A stretch of DNA of 41,273 bases from a virus (taxonomy: Duplodnaviria; Caudoviricetes): IMG/VR virus record IMGVR_UViG_3300049138_000106, positions 1 through 41,273 of that record; one strand, given 5' to 3'. Both the position numbers and the translations under genes were made by a program. The notes under the pieces were generated by a model, which worked only from the letters and a program-made list of their open reading frames with translations, made no database searches and was not told where the DNA came from. Shown here piece by piece: positions 25,949 through 33,802 of this stretch (position 1 is its first letter; every line of letters begins with the position of its first letter).

Positions 25949-27277
25949 ATGCCCGAGACGTATGAGCCGTTCACGTGGGCGACCGGTACCAGCGGTGGCA
26001 CCCCGATCACCGCCGGGCGGCTCAACGCCATTGAGCAGGGCGTCGAGCTGATGGACACCCGTATCGCCGCCATCGAGGACAAGCACGGGTATTTCAACGT
26101 CAAGAACTACGGGGCGACCGGGGACGGGCTCACGAACGATCGGACCGCGATCCAGAACGCGATCAACGCGTGTCAGACCGCGGGCGGCGGGACGGTGTTC
26201 TTCCCGACCGGCTACTACAAGGTGGGCTCCGGCCTGACGGTCACCAGCAGCGACGTCGTCCTGCAGGGCGAGAGCCGGGGCGCGGTCCGACTGGAGAAGA
26301 CCGCCGACTTCCCGCTCATCCAGCTCATCGGGGCAGCGGGGGTGGGCAACCACATCACCGACTGCGGCGTCCGGTCGATGACGTTGCGCGGCGGGGACTT
26401 CTCCGGTGTGCTCCTCGACTGTCTGTACGGCACCCGGCACCTGTTCGAGGACCTGCACCTGTTCGGCAACGACGACCCCGCCATCGACATGGTGGAGCTG
26501 TGGGACAGCCGGTTCGCCAACGTCTACGTCGAGTGGTGCTCCGGCACTGCGACGAACGAGCCCGCCATCTACGTGCGGTCCTCGCGGGCGGCGTCGGGCG
26601 TGGGTTCGTCCACGGACTCCACGAACCAGATCGTGTTCGTGGGCTGCCTCGTGGAGTCGTGGAAGGGCGGCGCGATCCGCGTCGAGCAGGGCGTCGGAAG
26701 CCCGCAGAACATCTACTCGATCCACTTCTACGGGTCGAAGATCGAAACGGACATGGTCCGCGGGTCGGCGGTCGTCGTCGGCAACGGTGCTTCGAACGTG
26801 TCGTTCACCGACACCTACATCTATCTGGGCAGTTTCGACGCCGGCTTCTCCACCCCGGTCGACGCCGTGAACCTCGGCGGCAACGGCATGAACAAGGTCG
26901 ACGGCTGCTACATCGGCGTCGGCGCCGCGGTCCTGGCCAGCGGCGTCAACGTGAACGGGTCCGGGGCCACGGTGACGAACGTCGAGGGCTTCTACGACGC
27001 CGGCGCACCCACCACCGGCAGCCACGTCAGGATCACCGCCGGCACGAACTTCACGTTCGCGCACCTGCGTTCCTCGGCCGCGACCACCCTGCTGTCCGGG
27101 CTGTCCTCCAGCGCCCAGGCCAACGCCGGGGCCCCGATCCGGGCGGTCGCGGGCCCGGTCAGCGACGCCAGCTTCCCCGCCGTGCCCGCAATCGGGACGT
27201 TGGGCGTGGACGTCAGCAACGGACGGCTCTACATCAAGACCGCGGCCGGCACCTGGCGCTACACCGCGCTGACCTGA
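25949..27277 (+). CDS. Tailspike-like pectin-lyase-fold (beta-helix) depolymerase
   Basis: Anchor motif followed by FNVKNYGATGDGLTNDRTAIQNAINA...GGTVFFPTGYY. Confidence 0.85.
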   Translation: MPETYEPFTWATGTSGGTPITAGRLNAIEQGVELMDTRIAAIEDKHGYFNVKNYGATGDGLTNDRTAIQNAINACQTAGGGTVFFPTGYYKVGSGLTVTSSDVVLQGESRGAVRLEKTADFPLIQLIGAAGVGNHITDCGVRSMTLRGGDFSGVLLDCLYGTRHLFEDLHLFGNDDPAIDMVELWDSRFANVYVEWCSGTATNEPAIYVRSSRAASGVGSSTDSTNQIVFVGCLVESWKGGAIRVEQGVGSPQNIYSIHFYGSKIETDMVRGSAVVVGNGASNVSFTDTYIYLGSFDAGFSTPVDAVNLGGNGMNKVDGCYIGVGAAVLASGVNVNGSGATVTNVEGFYDAGAPTTGSHVRITAGTNFTFAHLRSSAATTLLSGLSSSAQANAGAPIRAVAGPVSDASFPAVPAIGTLGVDVSNGRLYIKTAAGTWRYTALT

Positions 27278-27296
27278 CACGAAGGACGGTTCACGA

Positions 27297-27866
27297 ATGA
27301 TCCGCCGCACATCCCTCGGGGCGTTCAACCAGGCCGCGCCCCGCAACGGCAGCCTGACCACCGGGCGCTACTACTGCGAGCCTGGTCCACTGCACGGTGC
27401 GACCGCGCAGAACCAGGACCGGCTGCGGGTGTCGCCCCGGCACATCGACGGGCAGACCAGCTTCGACCGGATCGGCTCCCACGTCACCACCGGGGCCGCG
27501 AGCTCGACGATCCGCTGGGTGGTCTACGCCGACAGCAACGGCTACCCCGGCGCGGTACTTCTCGATACCGGCGCGGTCGGCGACGCGGCCACGACCGGGT
27601 TCAAAGAGGCCACGATTTCGCTCACGCTGTCCACCGGGCGCTACTGGATCGGCGCGGTGTGTCAGGGCGGCGCCCCCACCCTGATGGCCGTTACCGGCTG
27701 CATCATGCCCGGAGTCGGCGTGACCGCCGCCGAGATCGTGACCAACAACAGCAACGCCGTCGCCTACCTGCTGGACGGCGTGACGGGGGCGGCCCCCAAC
27801 CCGTTCACGGCGGCGGCCGCGTCCGGTGGCAACGCCCCCGCGTGCTGGCTCCGGAAGGCGGCATAG
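27297..27866 (+). CDS. Minor tail-region beta-sandwich protein
   Basis: GAAGGA RBS. VYADSNGYPGAVL...GRYWIG resembles the first domain of 23184 (IYADNAGAPGALL...TTYWIG). Confidence 0.7.
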   Translation: MIRRTSLGAFNQAAPRNGSLTTGRYYCEPGPLHGATAQNQDRLRVSPRHIDGQTSFDRIGSHVTTGAASSTIRWVVYADSNGYPGAVLLDTGAVGDAATTGFKEATISLTLSTGRYWIGAVCQGGAPTLMAVTGCIMPGVGVTAAEIVTNNSNAVAYLLDGVTGAAPNPFTAAAASGGNAPACWLRKAA

Positions 27867-27870
27867 GGGC

Positions 27871-28149
27871 ATGGCCGCCGGAGGCGACACGTTGCGCGTC
27901 ATCTGCGCGGCCCTGGCCCTCCTACTGGTTCCCCTGTGCGTCTACTCCATGTACCGGTGCGCCACGCTCGGCCAGCAGTTGCGCTTCGGGGCGCTGGCCC
28001 TGTTGGGGGTGGTCGTCGTGGCATGGCAGATCGAGGCCTGGGGGCATCCGCTGCACTGGCGGGTACCGATCCTGTTCGTCGGCCTGGCCTGCGCCCTGGC
28101 CGGAACGGTGATCCATCTCCGGGAAACCCGGAGCGAGTTGGAGGACTGA
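27871..28149 (+). CDS. Small membrane protein (about 3 TM), holin-like candidate
   Basis: ATG 27871; three hydrophobic stretches. Confidence 0.65.
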   Translation: MAAGGDTLRVICAALALLLVPLCVYSMYRCATLGQQLRFGALALLGVVVVAWQIEAWGHPLHWRVPILFVGLACALAGTVIHLRETRSELED

Positions 28150-28190
28150 TCCCTGCGTGCGCGTGACCGACTTCTCGCAGGGGGTGTCCG

Positions 28191-28481
28191 TTGTCCGTCG
28201 AGCTGATCTCGGCGATCTTCACGGGGCTGACCGGCTTGCTGGCGGGGCTGGCCGCGGTGCTGGCCCAACGTGCGCGCCGGGTCGGCGAGGACGGCCGGTA
28301 CTACCGCCGCCAGGCGCGCGAGCTGCATCGGTGGAAGCTGGCCGCGCTGCGGCACATGAACGTCCTCGAGGAGGCGCTGGTCCGCGCCCGTCGTCCGGTC
28401 CCCAAACGTCCCCCGATCCTGGAGGCGGACGACGACGATGACGGGACGCCACAGCCTGCGGGTGCCCATGCCGCCCCATGA
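28191..28481 (+). CDS. Single-TM protein with helical tail (lysis-associated candidate)
   Basis: N-terminal hydrophobic helix followed by a charged helix and a PVPKRP motif. Confidence 0.65.
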   Translation: MSVELISAIFTGLTGLLAGLAAVLAQRARRVGEDGRYYRRQARELHRWKLAALRHMNVLEEALVRARRPVPKRPPILEADDDDDGTPQPAGAHAAP

Positions 28482-29316
28482 GACCGTCCTGGGCGAGGCC
28501 CCCGACATCAAGAACGAGCAGGCCAGTACCCGCTGGCAGGGCCGGTGGCCACTGATCGCCGTGATCCTGCTTGGCATTCTTGCGGTCGTCGGTGGGATCG
28601 TCGCCACCCGCAGCGCCGGAGAGGTCGAGGACCAGAAGGACAGGGCCGTAGACACGGCCCAGAACCTCGGCCAGCAGGTAGTGGCCGCGTGCGCGCAGGG
28701 CCTGATCGTGCAGGACGACCAGGGCCGCGACCTCTGCCAGCGCGCCGCGCAGGTGCAGTCCACGCCGGTGCCGGGCGTACCGATCCAGGGCGATCGCGGA
28801 CCGGGCCCGACGCCGGAGCAGATCGAGGCCGCTGTGGTGGCGTACTGCGCCGCGCGCGACCAGTGCGCCGGGAGCCCGCCGTCGACCGGCGAGGTGGCCG
28901 CAGCCGTGGCCGAGTACCTGATCGCGAACCCGCCGGATCCCGGGCGTCCGCCGACCGCGGCCGAGATCGCCGAGCAGGTCACGATCTACTTCGCGAACAA
29001 CCCGCCGCCACAAGGCCCCGAGGGGGAGCGCGGCCCGCGCGGAGAGGCCGGCGCAACCGGCGCACGCGGGCCCGGCCCGACGGCCGAGGAGATCCAGGCT
29101 GCGGTCGATGCGCACCTGGCCGCGAACCCGCCCCCGCGGGGTGAGCCGGGGCCGTCCTGCCCGCCCGGCTCCACGTTGCAGCCCGTCGTGTTCGCCAGTG
29201 GTGAGAGCGGGCTCGGCTGCGTGACCGGCACCGCACCGACGACCGAGCCCCCAGAACCGACCACTACGCCGCCCCCGACCACGGACATGGACGACGGGGA
29301 GCTACTCGGTGAATGA
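28468..29316 (+). CDS. Membrane-anchored Pro-rich/collagen-like protein
   Basis: TM segment, Gly-X-Y run (GPEGERGPRGEAGATGARG) and four PTxxEIxAAVxxY-like repeats. Start 28438 or 28468. Confidence 0.75.
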   Translation: MPPHETVLGEAPDIKNEQASTRWQGRWPLIAVILLGILAVVGGIVATRSAGEVEDQKDRAVDTAQNLGQQVVAACAQGLIVQDDQGRDLCQRAAQVQSTPVPGVPIQGDRGPGPTPEQIEAAVVAYCAARDQCAGSPPSTGEVAAAVAEYLIANPPDPGRPPTAAEIAEQVTIYFANNPPPQGPEGERGPRGEAGATGARGPGPTAEEIQAAVDAHLAANPPPRGEPGPSCPPGSTLQPVVFASGESGLGCVTGTAPTTEPPEPTTTPPPTTDMDDGELLGE

Positions 29317-29695
29317 GGACGAGATGAAGCTCCCGGAGATCGTCGACCGAGGGCCGATGCTGCAGATGGACGGCATCCGGATCGCCACACTGTGCGTGCT
29401 CGCGGTGGACACCCTCGTGGTCGTTTTGCTGGCCGTGTTCCTGGTGACCAACGTGCAGTCCCAGCGTCAGGCGAACGAGTGCTACCAGCGGCAGCTGGTC
29501 GCGCTTACCGAGTGGGCCGCTAACGCGGTGGAGGCCGGGCGCACCGACCGGCAGGCGCAGCGGGAGCTGCTGCTCACTCCTGCCACCGCTCCCGAAGACC
29601 GCCAGGCCGCCCTCGATCGGTACCTGGCTCAGCTCGATCAGGCCGACCGCACCCGGCGTGCGGTCCCGGTCCCAGAACAACGCTGTTCTCAATGA
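29309..29695 (+). CDS. Single-TM protein with Cys-bracketed helical domain
   Basis: Hydrophobic segment followed by NEC...PVPEQRC. Confidence 0.7.
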   Translation: MNEDEMKLPEIVDRGPMLQMDGIRIATLCVLAVDTLVVVLLAVFLVTNVQSQRQANECYQRQLVALTEWAANAVEAGRTDRQAQRELLLTPATAPEDRQAALDRYLAQLDQADRTRRAVPVPEQRCSQ

Positions 29696-29735
29696 AACGT
29701 CCCTGTTCGTAGGGGGATCAACCGCAAGGGGAGAC

Positions 29736-30383
29736 ATGAACAAGCTCACCACCGCCGTACTCGGCCTCGCCGTAGCGGCGCTGCCCGTCTTCGCCGCGTC
29801 CCCGGCGTTCGCCCAGGACGAGCAGGACTGCAACCGTGCCCAGCGCGAGGTCACACGCGTCGAGCTCCGGCTGGCCGGGCTGGTCACCGAGGAGCGCAAC
29901 GCTGAGCAGGCCGCGCTGAAGGCTGCCCAGAAGGCCCTGGACGACGCCCAGGCTGCCCTTGAGGCCGCCAGGGACGACGTGCCGCCCGTCGACCTCGGCC
30001 CGCTACGCGCGGCCGTCGACACCGCCCGGGAGGCCCGTGACGCCGCCCGGGACGCGTTGAACACCGACAGCCGTCGCCTGGTCGATGTGCGTGCTGAGCT
30101 GGCCGCGAGCATCAAGGCCCGCGACGAGGCGTGCGACGACGACCCGACGCCCGCGCCGACCACCACGCCGGCACCTACGACCACCCCGCCCGCGGACAAC
30201 GACGTGGACTGCACCGAGGTCAGCGACGACGAGGCGCAGCGGATCCTGAACGCGGACCGCTCTGACCCGCACAACCTCGACGAGGACAACGACGGCGTGG
30301 CCTGCGAGGAAGAGGTCATCGTCCAGCGTGACGTCGTGGTCGTGCCCAACGGGGGTGTGAACACCGGCGGCTGGAAGAAGTGA
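29736..30383 (+). CDS. Secreted coiled-coil + Excalibur Ca-binding domain protein, candidate class F sortase substrate
   Basis: GGGGAGA RBS; signal peptide ending SPAFA. DVDC...DPHNLDEDNDGVACE; C-terminus VPNGGVNTGGWKK. Confidence 0.8.
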   Translation: MNKLTTAVLGLAVAALPVFAASPAFAQDEQDCNRAQREVTRVELRLAGLVTEERNAEQAALKAAQKALDDAQAALEAARDDVPPVDLGPLRAAVDTAREARDAARDALNTDSRRLVDVRAELAASIKARDEACDDDPTPAPTTTPAPTTTPPADNDVDCTEVSDDEAQRILNADRSDPHNLDEDNDGVACEEEVIVQRDVVVVPNGGVNTGGWKK

Positions 30384-30997
30384 AGCTGCTCGCTCTCGTT
30401 CTCGGTGCCGTACTCGCTCTCTCGGGGTGCGGCACCGAGGTCGTTACGGACCCGCCACGCGACACGCACAGCGCCCCGGTCGAGCCGCCGATCGTCGTCG
30501 TCGACCCCACCGCGATCAGCATCCCGAAGCTGGGTGTGGCGTCGACGCTAATCCCACTCGGCCTGACCGACGAGGACTGCCCGGCCGAGCCGCCGTGCCT
30601 GGCCACCCCGCCACTCGACGCTCCGATGCAGGCAGGGTGGTACGCGGGCGCGGACCCGGCGTTCCCCGGCGACGAATACCAGCCCGGTGAGCCCGGGCCT
30701 GCGGTCATCGCCGGGCACGTCGACGGCAACGGCCGCGACGGCGTCTTCAAACGGCTGCACGAGCTCGAACCCGGCGACCGGATCGTCATCGAGCGCAACG
30801 ACCCCCAGAACCCGCGGCCCCCTCTGACGTTCCTGGTTGACGCGGTCGGGTTCTTCCCGAAGGACCGGTTCCCCACCGAGGACGTCTACAACGAGCCCGG
30901 CGTGCCGGAGCTGCGTCTGATCACCTGCGGCGGCTCCTTCGACGAAGCCAGCGGCCACTACCGGGACAACGTCGTGGTCTGGGCCTCGCTGGCGTGA
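30380..30997 (+). CDS. Class F sortase with lipoprotein signal
   Basis: LSGC lipobox. ISIPKLGV, AGWY, PGEPGPAVIAGHVD, LRLITCGG, YRDNVVV (His/Cys catalytic residues, Asn at the usual Arg position). Confidence 0.92.
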   Translation: MKLLALVLGAVLALSGCGTEVVTDPPRDTHSAPVEPPIVVVDPTAISIPKLGVASTLIPLGLTDEDCPAEPPCLATPPLDAPMQAGWYAGADPAFPGDEYQPGEPGPAVIAGHVDGNGRDGVFKRLHELEPGDRIVIERNDPQNPRPPLTFLVDAVGFFPKDRFPTEDVYNEPGVPELRLITCGGSFDEASGHYRDNVVVWASLA

Positions 30998-31152
30998 ACC
31001 TGCGCTGGGGCTGGCGATGCGTGTCCTGCCACCACCGCAGAGACGCCCACTGGTTGCTTCACGGCCCGTGCCTGGTCTGTTACTGCCCGCGGTACGTGCC
31101 GCCGTGGTGGATCTCAGTCAAGAACTCGATCCGGAGGTGGTGGCGTGGCTGA
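30994..31152 (+). CDS. 52-aa Cys/His-rich protein (not in ORF track)
   Basis: GTGA-coupled to the sortase. MNLRWGWRCVSCHHRRDAHWLLHGPCLVCYCPRYVPPWWISVKNSIRRWWRG. Confidence 0.65.
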   Translation: MNLRWGWRCVSCHHRRDAHWLLHGPCLVCYCPRYVPPWWISVKNSIRRWWRG

Positions 31153-31369
31153 TCCCGACACTCTGCGTCGGCTCGCAGCGGCGCTCGACGACGTCGCGAT
31201 GCACATGAACCTGCTCGCACTTCTGCCGTGGACGGTGCACCACGACCACCGCGCCGAACGCGCCGAGTACGAGCGCCGCGCGTCCCAGGCCCGAGCGGCC
31301 CGGCTGGCCACCATCCCCTCCCAGCGGCTCCCGATGCGCACCGATCTCCACCGGAGGACACATCGATGA
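31145..31369 (+). CDS. Hypothetical protein
   Basis: GGAGG RBS; overlaps both neighbours. Confidence 0.55.
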   Translation: MADPDTLRRLAAALDDVAMHMNLLALLPWTVHHDHRAERAEYERRASQARAARLATIPSQRLPMRTDLHRRTHR

Positions 31370-31722
31370 CGGCCTGGCGCGACTGGTTGCCCGCCACGCA
31401 GGGCGACCTCAAGTACCTCTGGTCCTTCGTACTGGACCAGACGGAGCACATCACGAGGATCGGAGAAGGCATGGCCAAGAACAAGCAGGCACTCGCGGAG
31501 CTCGACGCGCAGATCGACGAGCTCGAGGCCTACGTCCTGTCCGACGACGAGACCGACGCGGCCGAGGTGCAGAACCGCGTCGCGCGGCTCAAGAGCGTGC
31601 TCGCGCAGGCCAAGGGGGAGGCCCCCGCAGGCGGCGAGACCGACGGGTCCGCCGGCACCCCTGGCGGCGGGACTGACGTCGTCAACCCGACCCCGGCCGC
31701 CGAGGACAACCCGAACGCCTGA
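31366..31722 (+). CDS. Coiled-coil hypothetical protein
   Basis: GGAGGA RBS, ATG 31366 (ATGA overlap). Confidence 0.7.
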   Translation: MTAWRDWLPATQGDLKYLWSFVLDQTEHITRIGEGMAKNKQALAELDAQIDELEAYVLSDDETDAAEVQNRVARLKSVLAQAKGEAPAGGETDGSAGTPGGGTDVVNPTPAAEDNPNA

Positions 31723-31735
31723 CCGAACACCGACC

Positions 31736-31777
31736 GGACGTCCCGCCTCCTTTGCTCCCCATGGGGGCGGGGCGTCC
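31736..31777 (+). terminator. GC-rich hairpin upstream of the lysis genes
   Basis: GGACGTCCCGCCTCC pairs with GGGGGCGGGGCGTCC (with GU pairs); no U-tail. Confidence 0.45.
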
Positions 31778-31798
31778 ACCCCTCCGAGGAGGTGCGCC

Positions 31799-32053
31799 AT
31801 CGGCGACTGGTACATCAACGACGAGGGCAAGTGGGTTTACGACGCGAACGCTCCCGCGGCCAGCGTCGAGGCCACTCAGATCCGGCCAACGACACGAGCA
31901 GCCCTCGACGCGATCCACGGGGACGCCGACGCCACCCCCAGCGTTGGTGACGTGGGGGACTGGATCGACCCGAACGCCCCGGACCCGACCCCAGACGAGG
32001 TCGTGGACGAGAACGACCCGAACTTCGTGCACCCCTGGTTCGGCGACCGGTGA
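31799..32053 (+). CDS. 84-aa acidic protein with probable ATC start (not in ORF track)
   Basis: GAGGAGGT followed by 5 nt and ATC. IGDWYINDEGKWVYDANAP...HPWFGDR; stop overlaps the endolysin GTG. Confidence 0.6.
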   Translation: MGDWYINDEGKWVYDANAPAASVEATQIRPTTRAALDAIHGDADATPSVGDVGDWIDPNAPDPTPDEVVDENDPNFVHPWFGDR

Positions 32054-32883
32054 GCCTGCACCGCAAGTACGAGCCAGCCACACGCTGCACCGGCGGGCCG
32101 ACACCGGGAGCGAAGGCGCTCATGGCTTGGTTCATCGGCGCGTACGGCCACCTTGGCGGCAAGAACCTGGGCATCTACGTGTGTCGCCCCGTTCGGGGGT
32201 CGAACTCGACGACCTCCCTCCACGGCGAGGGGCGCGCCTGCGACTTCGGTATCAACCCGCACGGCGCGGCCTGGGGCACCGGCCTGGCCGAGCTCCTGCG
32301 CGCGCGCAGCGGTGAGCTAGGCATTCAGTGCCTGATCTGGAACCGCCGGATCTGGTCGGGCAGCTACCCGGACGACGGATGGCGGGCCTACAGCGGCACG
32401 AACGCGCACGTGGACCACATCCACCTTGAGCTGAGCAAGCACGCGGCCGCGAATCTCACGCCCCAGCAGATCCAGCGCGTGCTCATCTCCACGACCACCC
32501 CGCCCCTCGCCCTCACGCAGGAGGACCTGTTCATGGCCCTGTCCGACGCCGAGCAGCACGAGCTCCTAACCGCCGTGCGCGACCTCAAGCACCAGCTGTT
32601 CGTCGGCGAGGGCGGCCCCAACCGCCCCGGCTGGCGCACCTGGAAGGGCGGCACCGACGAGCAGCTGACCGTCGTGGACTACCTGCGTCGCGGCAACGTC
32701 GAGACCCGGCAACTCCACCTAGCGGTCGCGGGCGTGCACCAGAAGCTGGACGCCATCTTGGCCGCGGTCAAGGCGGCCGGGGTCGACCCGGACGCGGTCC
32801 GTGAGGCGATCACGACCGCGCTCGGTGGCGGCTTGCAGATCACCGGAAATGCCGTGCCCCGGTCGAAGCCCCCGGCCTCGTGA
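32050..32883 (+). CDS. Endolysin (M15-like zinc peptidase domain + C-terminal helical domain)
   Basis: SLHGEGRACD...IWNRRIW...HVDHIH zinc ligands; linker then MALSDAEQHELL as seen in actinophage lysins; upstream of a holin-like gene. Confidence 0.82.
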   Translation: MSLHRKYEPATRCTGGPTPGAKALMAWFIGAYGHLGGKNLGIYVCRPVRGSNSTTSLHGEGRACDFGINPHGAAWGTGLAELLRARSGELGIQCLIWNRRIWSGSYPDDGWRAYSGTNAHVDHIHLELSKHAAANLTPQQIQRVLISTTTPPLALTQEDLFMALSDAEQHELLTAVRDLKHQLFVGEGGPNRPGWRTWKGGTDEQLTVVDYLRRGNVETRQLHLAVAGVHQKLDAILAAVKAAGVDPDAVREAITTALGGGLQITGNAVPRSKPPAS

Positions 32884-33104
32884 TCGACCGGTTCCTGATC
32901 CGCACCCAGCTTTGGCTCGAGTTCACGTTCTGGGCGGCGCTCGCGCGCGCCGCGTTGGTCGTCTTCCACCCTGCCGCCGTGGTGGTCGACGTGTTCGCTC
33001 CCCGACTGCGGTGTCTCAGACCGAGCGCCGACTACCTCAACCGGAGGATCCCATGGTGCCCCCCCAGACGCCCGGCGTGCCGGACCACGCCGCGCCCGCC
33101 GTGA
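32880..33104 (+). CDS. Possible small hypothetical protein
   Basis: GTGA-coupled to the endolysin but overlaps the holin start by about 50 nt. Confidence 0.35.
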   Translation: MIDRFLIRTQLWLEFTFWAALARAALVVFHPAAVVVDVFAPRLRCLRPSADYLNRRIPWCPPRRPACRTTPRPP

Positions 33105-33355
33105 AGACCGTCGGGTTGTCGCCCAAGATGATCGCGCCCACCGTAGTTACCACGGCCGTCGGCATCGCCGTGGCGTTGCTGAACGCGCTGCAGGCGGACG
33201 CGACCATGCTCGGTGGTCTGCACCCGGTGCTGCAGTTCGTGATCCTGACCTCGATCCCGCCGATCCTGGCCGGGTTCGCCGCCTATCAGGCCAGCCCTGG
33301 CGCCGTCACCGTGTCCGGTGCGCGGACCTCGCCCGTCGACCCTATGGAGCGCTGA
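33053..33355 (+). CDS. Holin-like 2-TM protein
   Basis: GGAGGA RBS, ATG 33053; SPK..A start, two TM segments, AGFAAYQA. Confidence 0.75.
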   Translation: MVPPQTPGVPDHAAPAVKTVGLSPKMIAPTVVTTAVGIAVALLNALQADATMLGGLHPVLQFVILTSIPPILAGFAAYQASPGAVTVSGARTSPVDPMER

Positions 33356-33358
33356 GCC

Positions 33359-33523
33359 ATGCGTATCGCCGCTGTCGTCCTCGCCGGTCTGGCGATCCTC
33401 TGCTACCTGGTGGCCATGCTCGGCGGCAGCCTGGAGAACGTCGACCTGGTGACGCTCGGGCACGTGTTCGTGGCCGCCTGCCTGGCCGCGATGAACCTCG
33501 TTCCCTACGCTCGCTCGGCCTGA
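33359..33523 (+). CDS. 54-aa 2-TM membrane protein (not in ORF track)
   Basis: MRIAAVVLAGLAILCYLVAMLGGSLENVDLVTLGHVFVAACLAAMNLVPYARSA; GGAG upstream. Confidence 0.7.
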   Translation: MRIAAVVLAGLAILCYLVAMLGGSLENVDLVTLGHVFVAACLAAMNLVPYARSA

Positions 33524-33545
33524 TTCCCCGTCACGCCGGGCAGGC

Positions 33546-33600
33546 ACAAGGCCCCGCCTCTTGTCCCTCACGGGATGGGAGGCGGGGCCTTGTTGTCGTT
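33546..33600. terminator. Terminator hairpin ending the late operon, between convergent genes
   Basis: Perfect 15-bp inverted repeat ACAAGGCCCCGCCTC / GAGGCGGGGCCTTGT, extended by an inner stem and followed by a T-rich tail. Confidence 0.85.
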
Positions 33601-33792
33601 TCAGGGGGTGCAGCCGCGGGCGAACCACTCGTCCCAGGTGATCTCGCACTCGGGGTACTCGCGGACCAGGAAATCGGGATCGAGGCTGCCGGTGAACTCC
33701 GACGTCATGTACCAGTGCGTGATGAGCGTGCCGGGCTGGCCGGGGTAGTCCCGAACGACTCGACCGACCATCTGCACACCTGCTACCGCCAT
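33601..33792 (-). CDS. Hypothetical protein (63 aa)
   Basis: GAGGAG RBS before ATG 33792 (MAVAGVQMVG...). Confidence 0.65.
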   Translation of the reverse strand: MAVAGVQMVGRVVRDYPGQPGTLITHWYMTSEFTGSLDPDFLVREYPECEITWDEWFARGCTP

Positions 33793-33802
33793 GCTGTGCT
33801 CC

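Larger units (their letters stand above)
1..33600 (+). mobile_element. Siphovirus/prophage virion morphogenesis and lysis module
   Basis: Canonical gene order: portal, head, neck, tail, tape measure, Dit, tail tip, fibres, lysis. Confidence 0.95.

Noticed and set aside
391-27361. Many long minus-strand ORFs (e.g. 391-1536, 2858-4177, 13653-15323, 15410-17071, 17588-19120)
   Set aside because: Antisense shadows typical of high-GC coding DNA; they have no motifs and fully overlap well-supported genes.
12333-27866. Diversity-generating retroelement or invertase shufflon acting on tail genes
   Set aside because: No reverse transcriptase or recombinase in the window, and no TR/VR pair or inverted crossover sites were seen.
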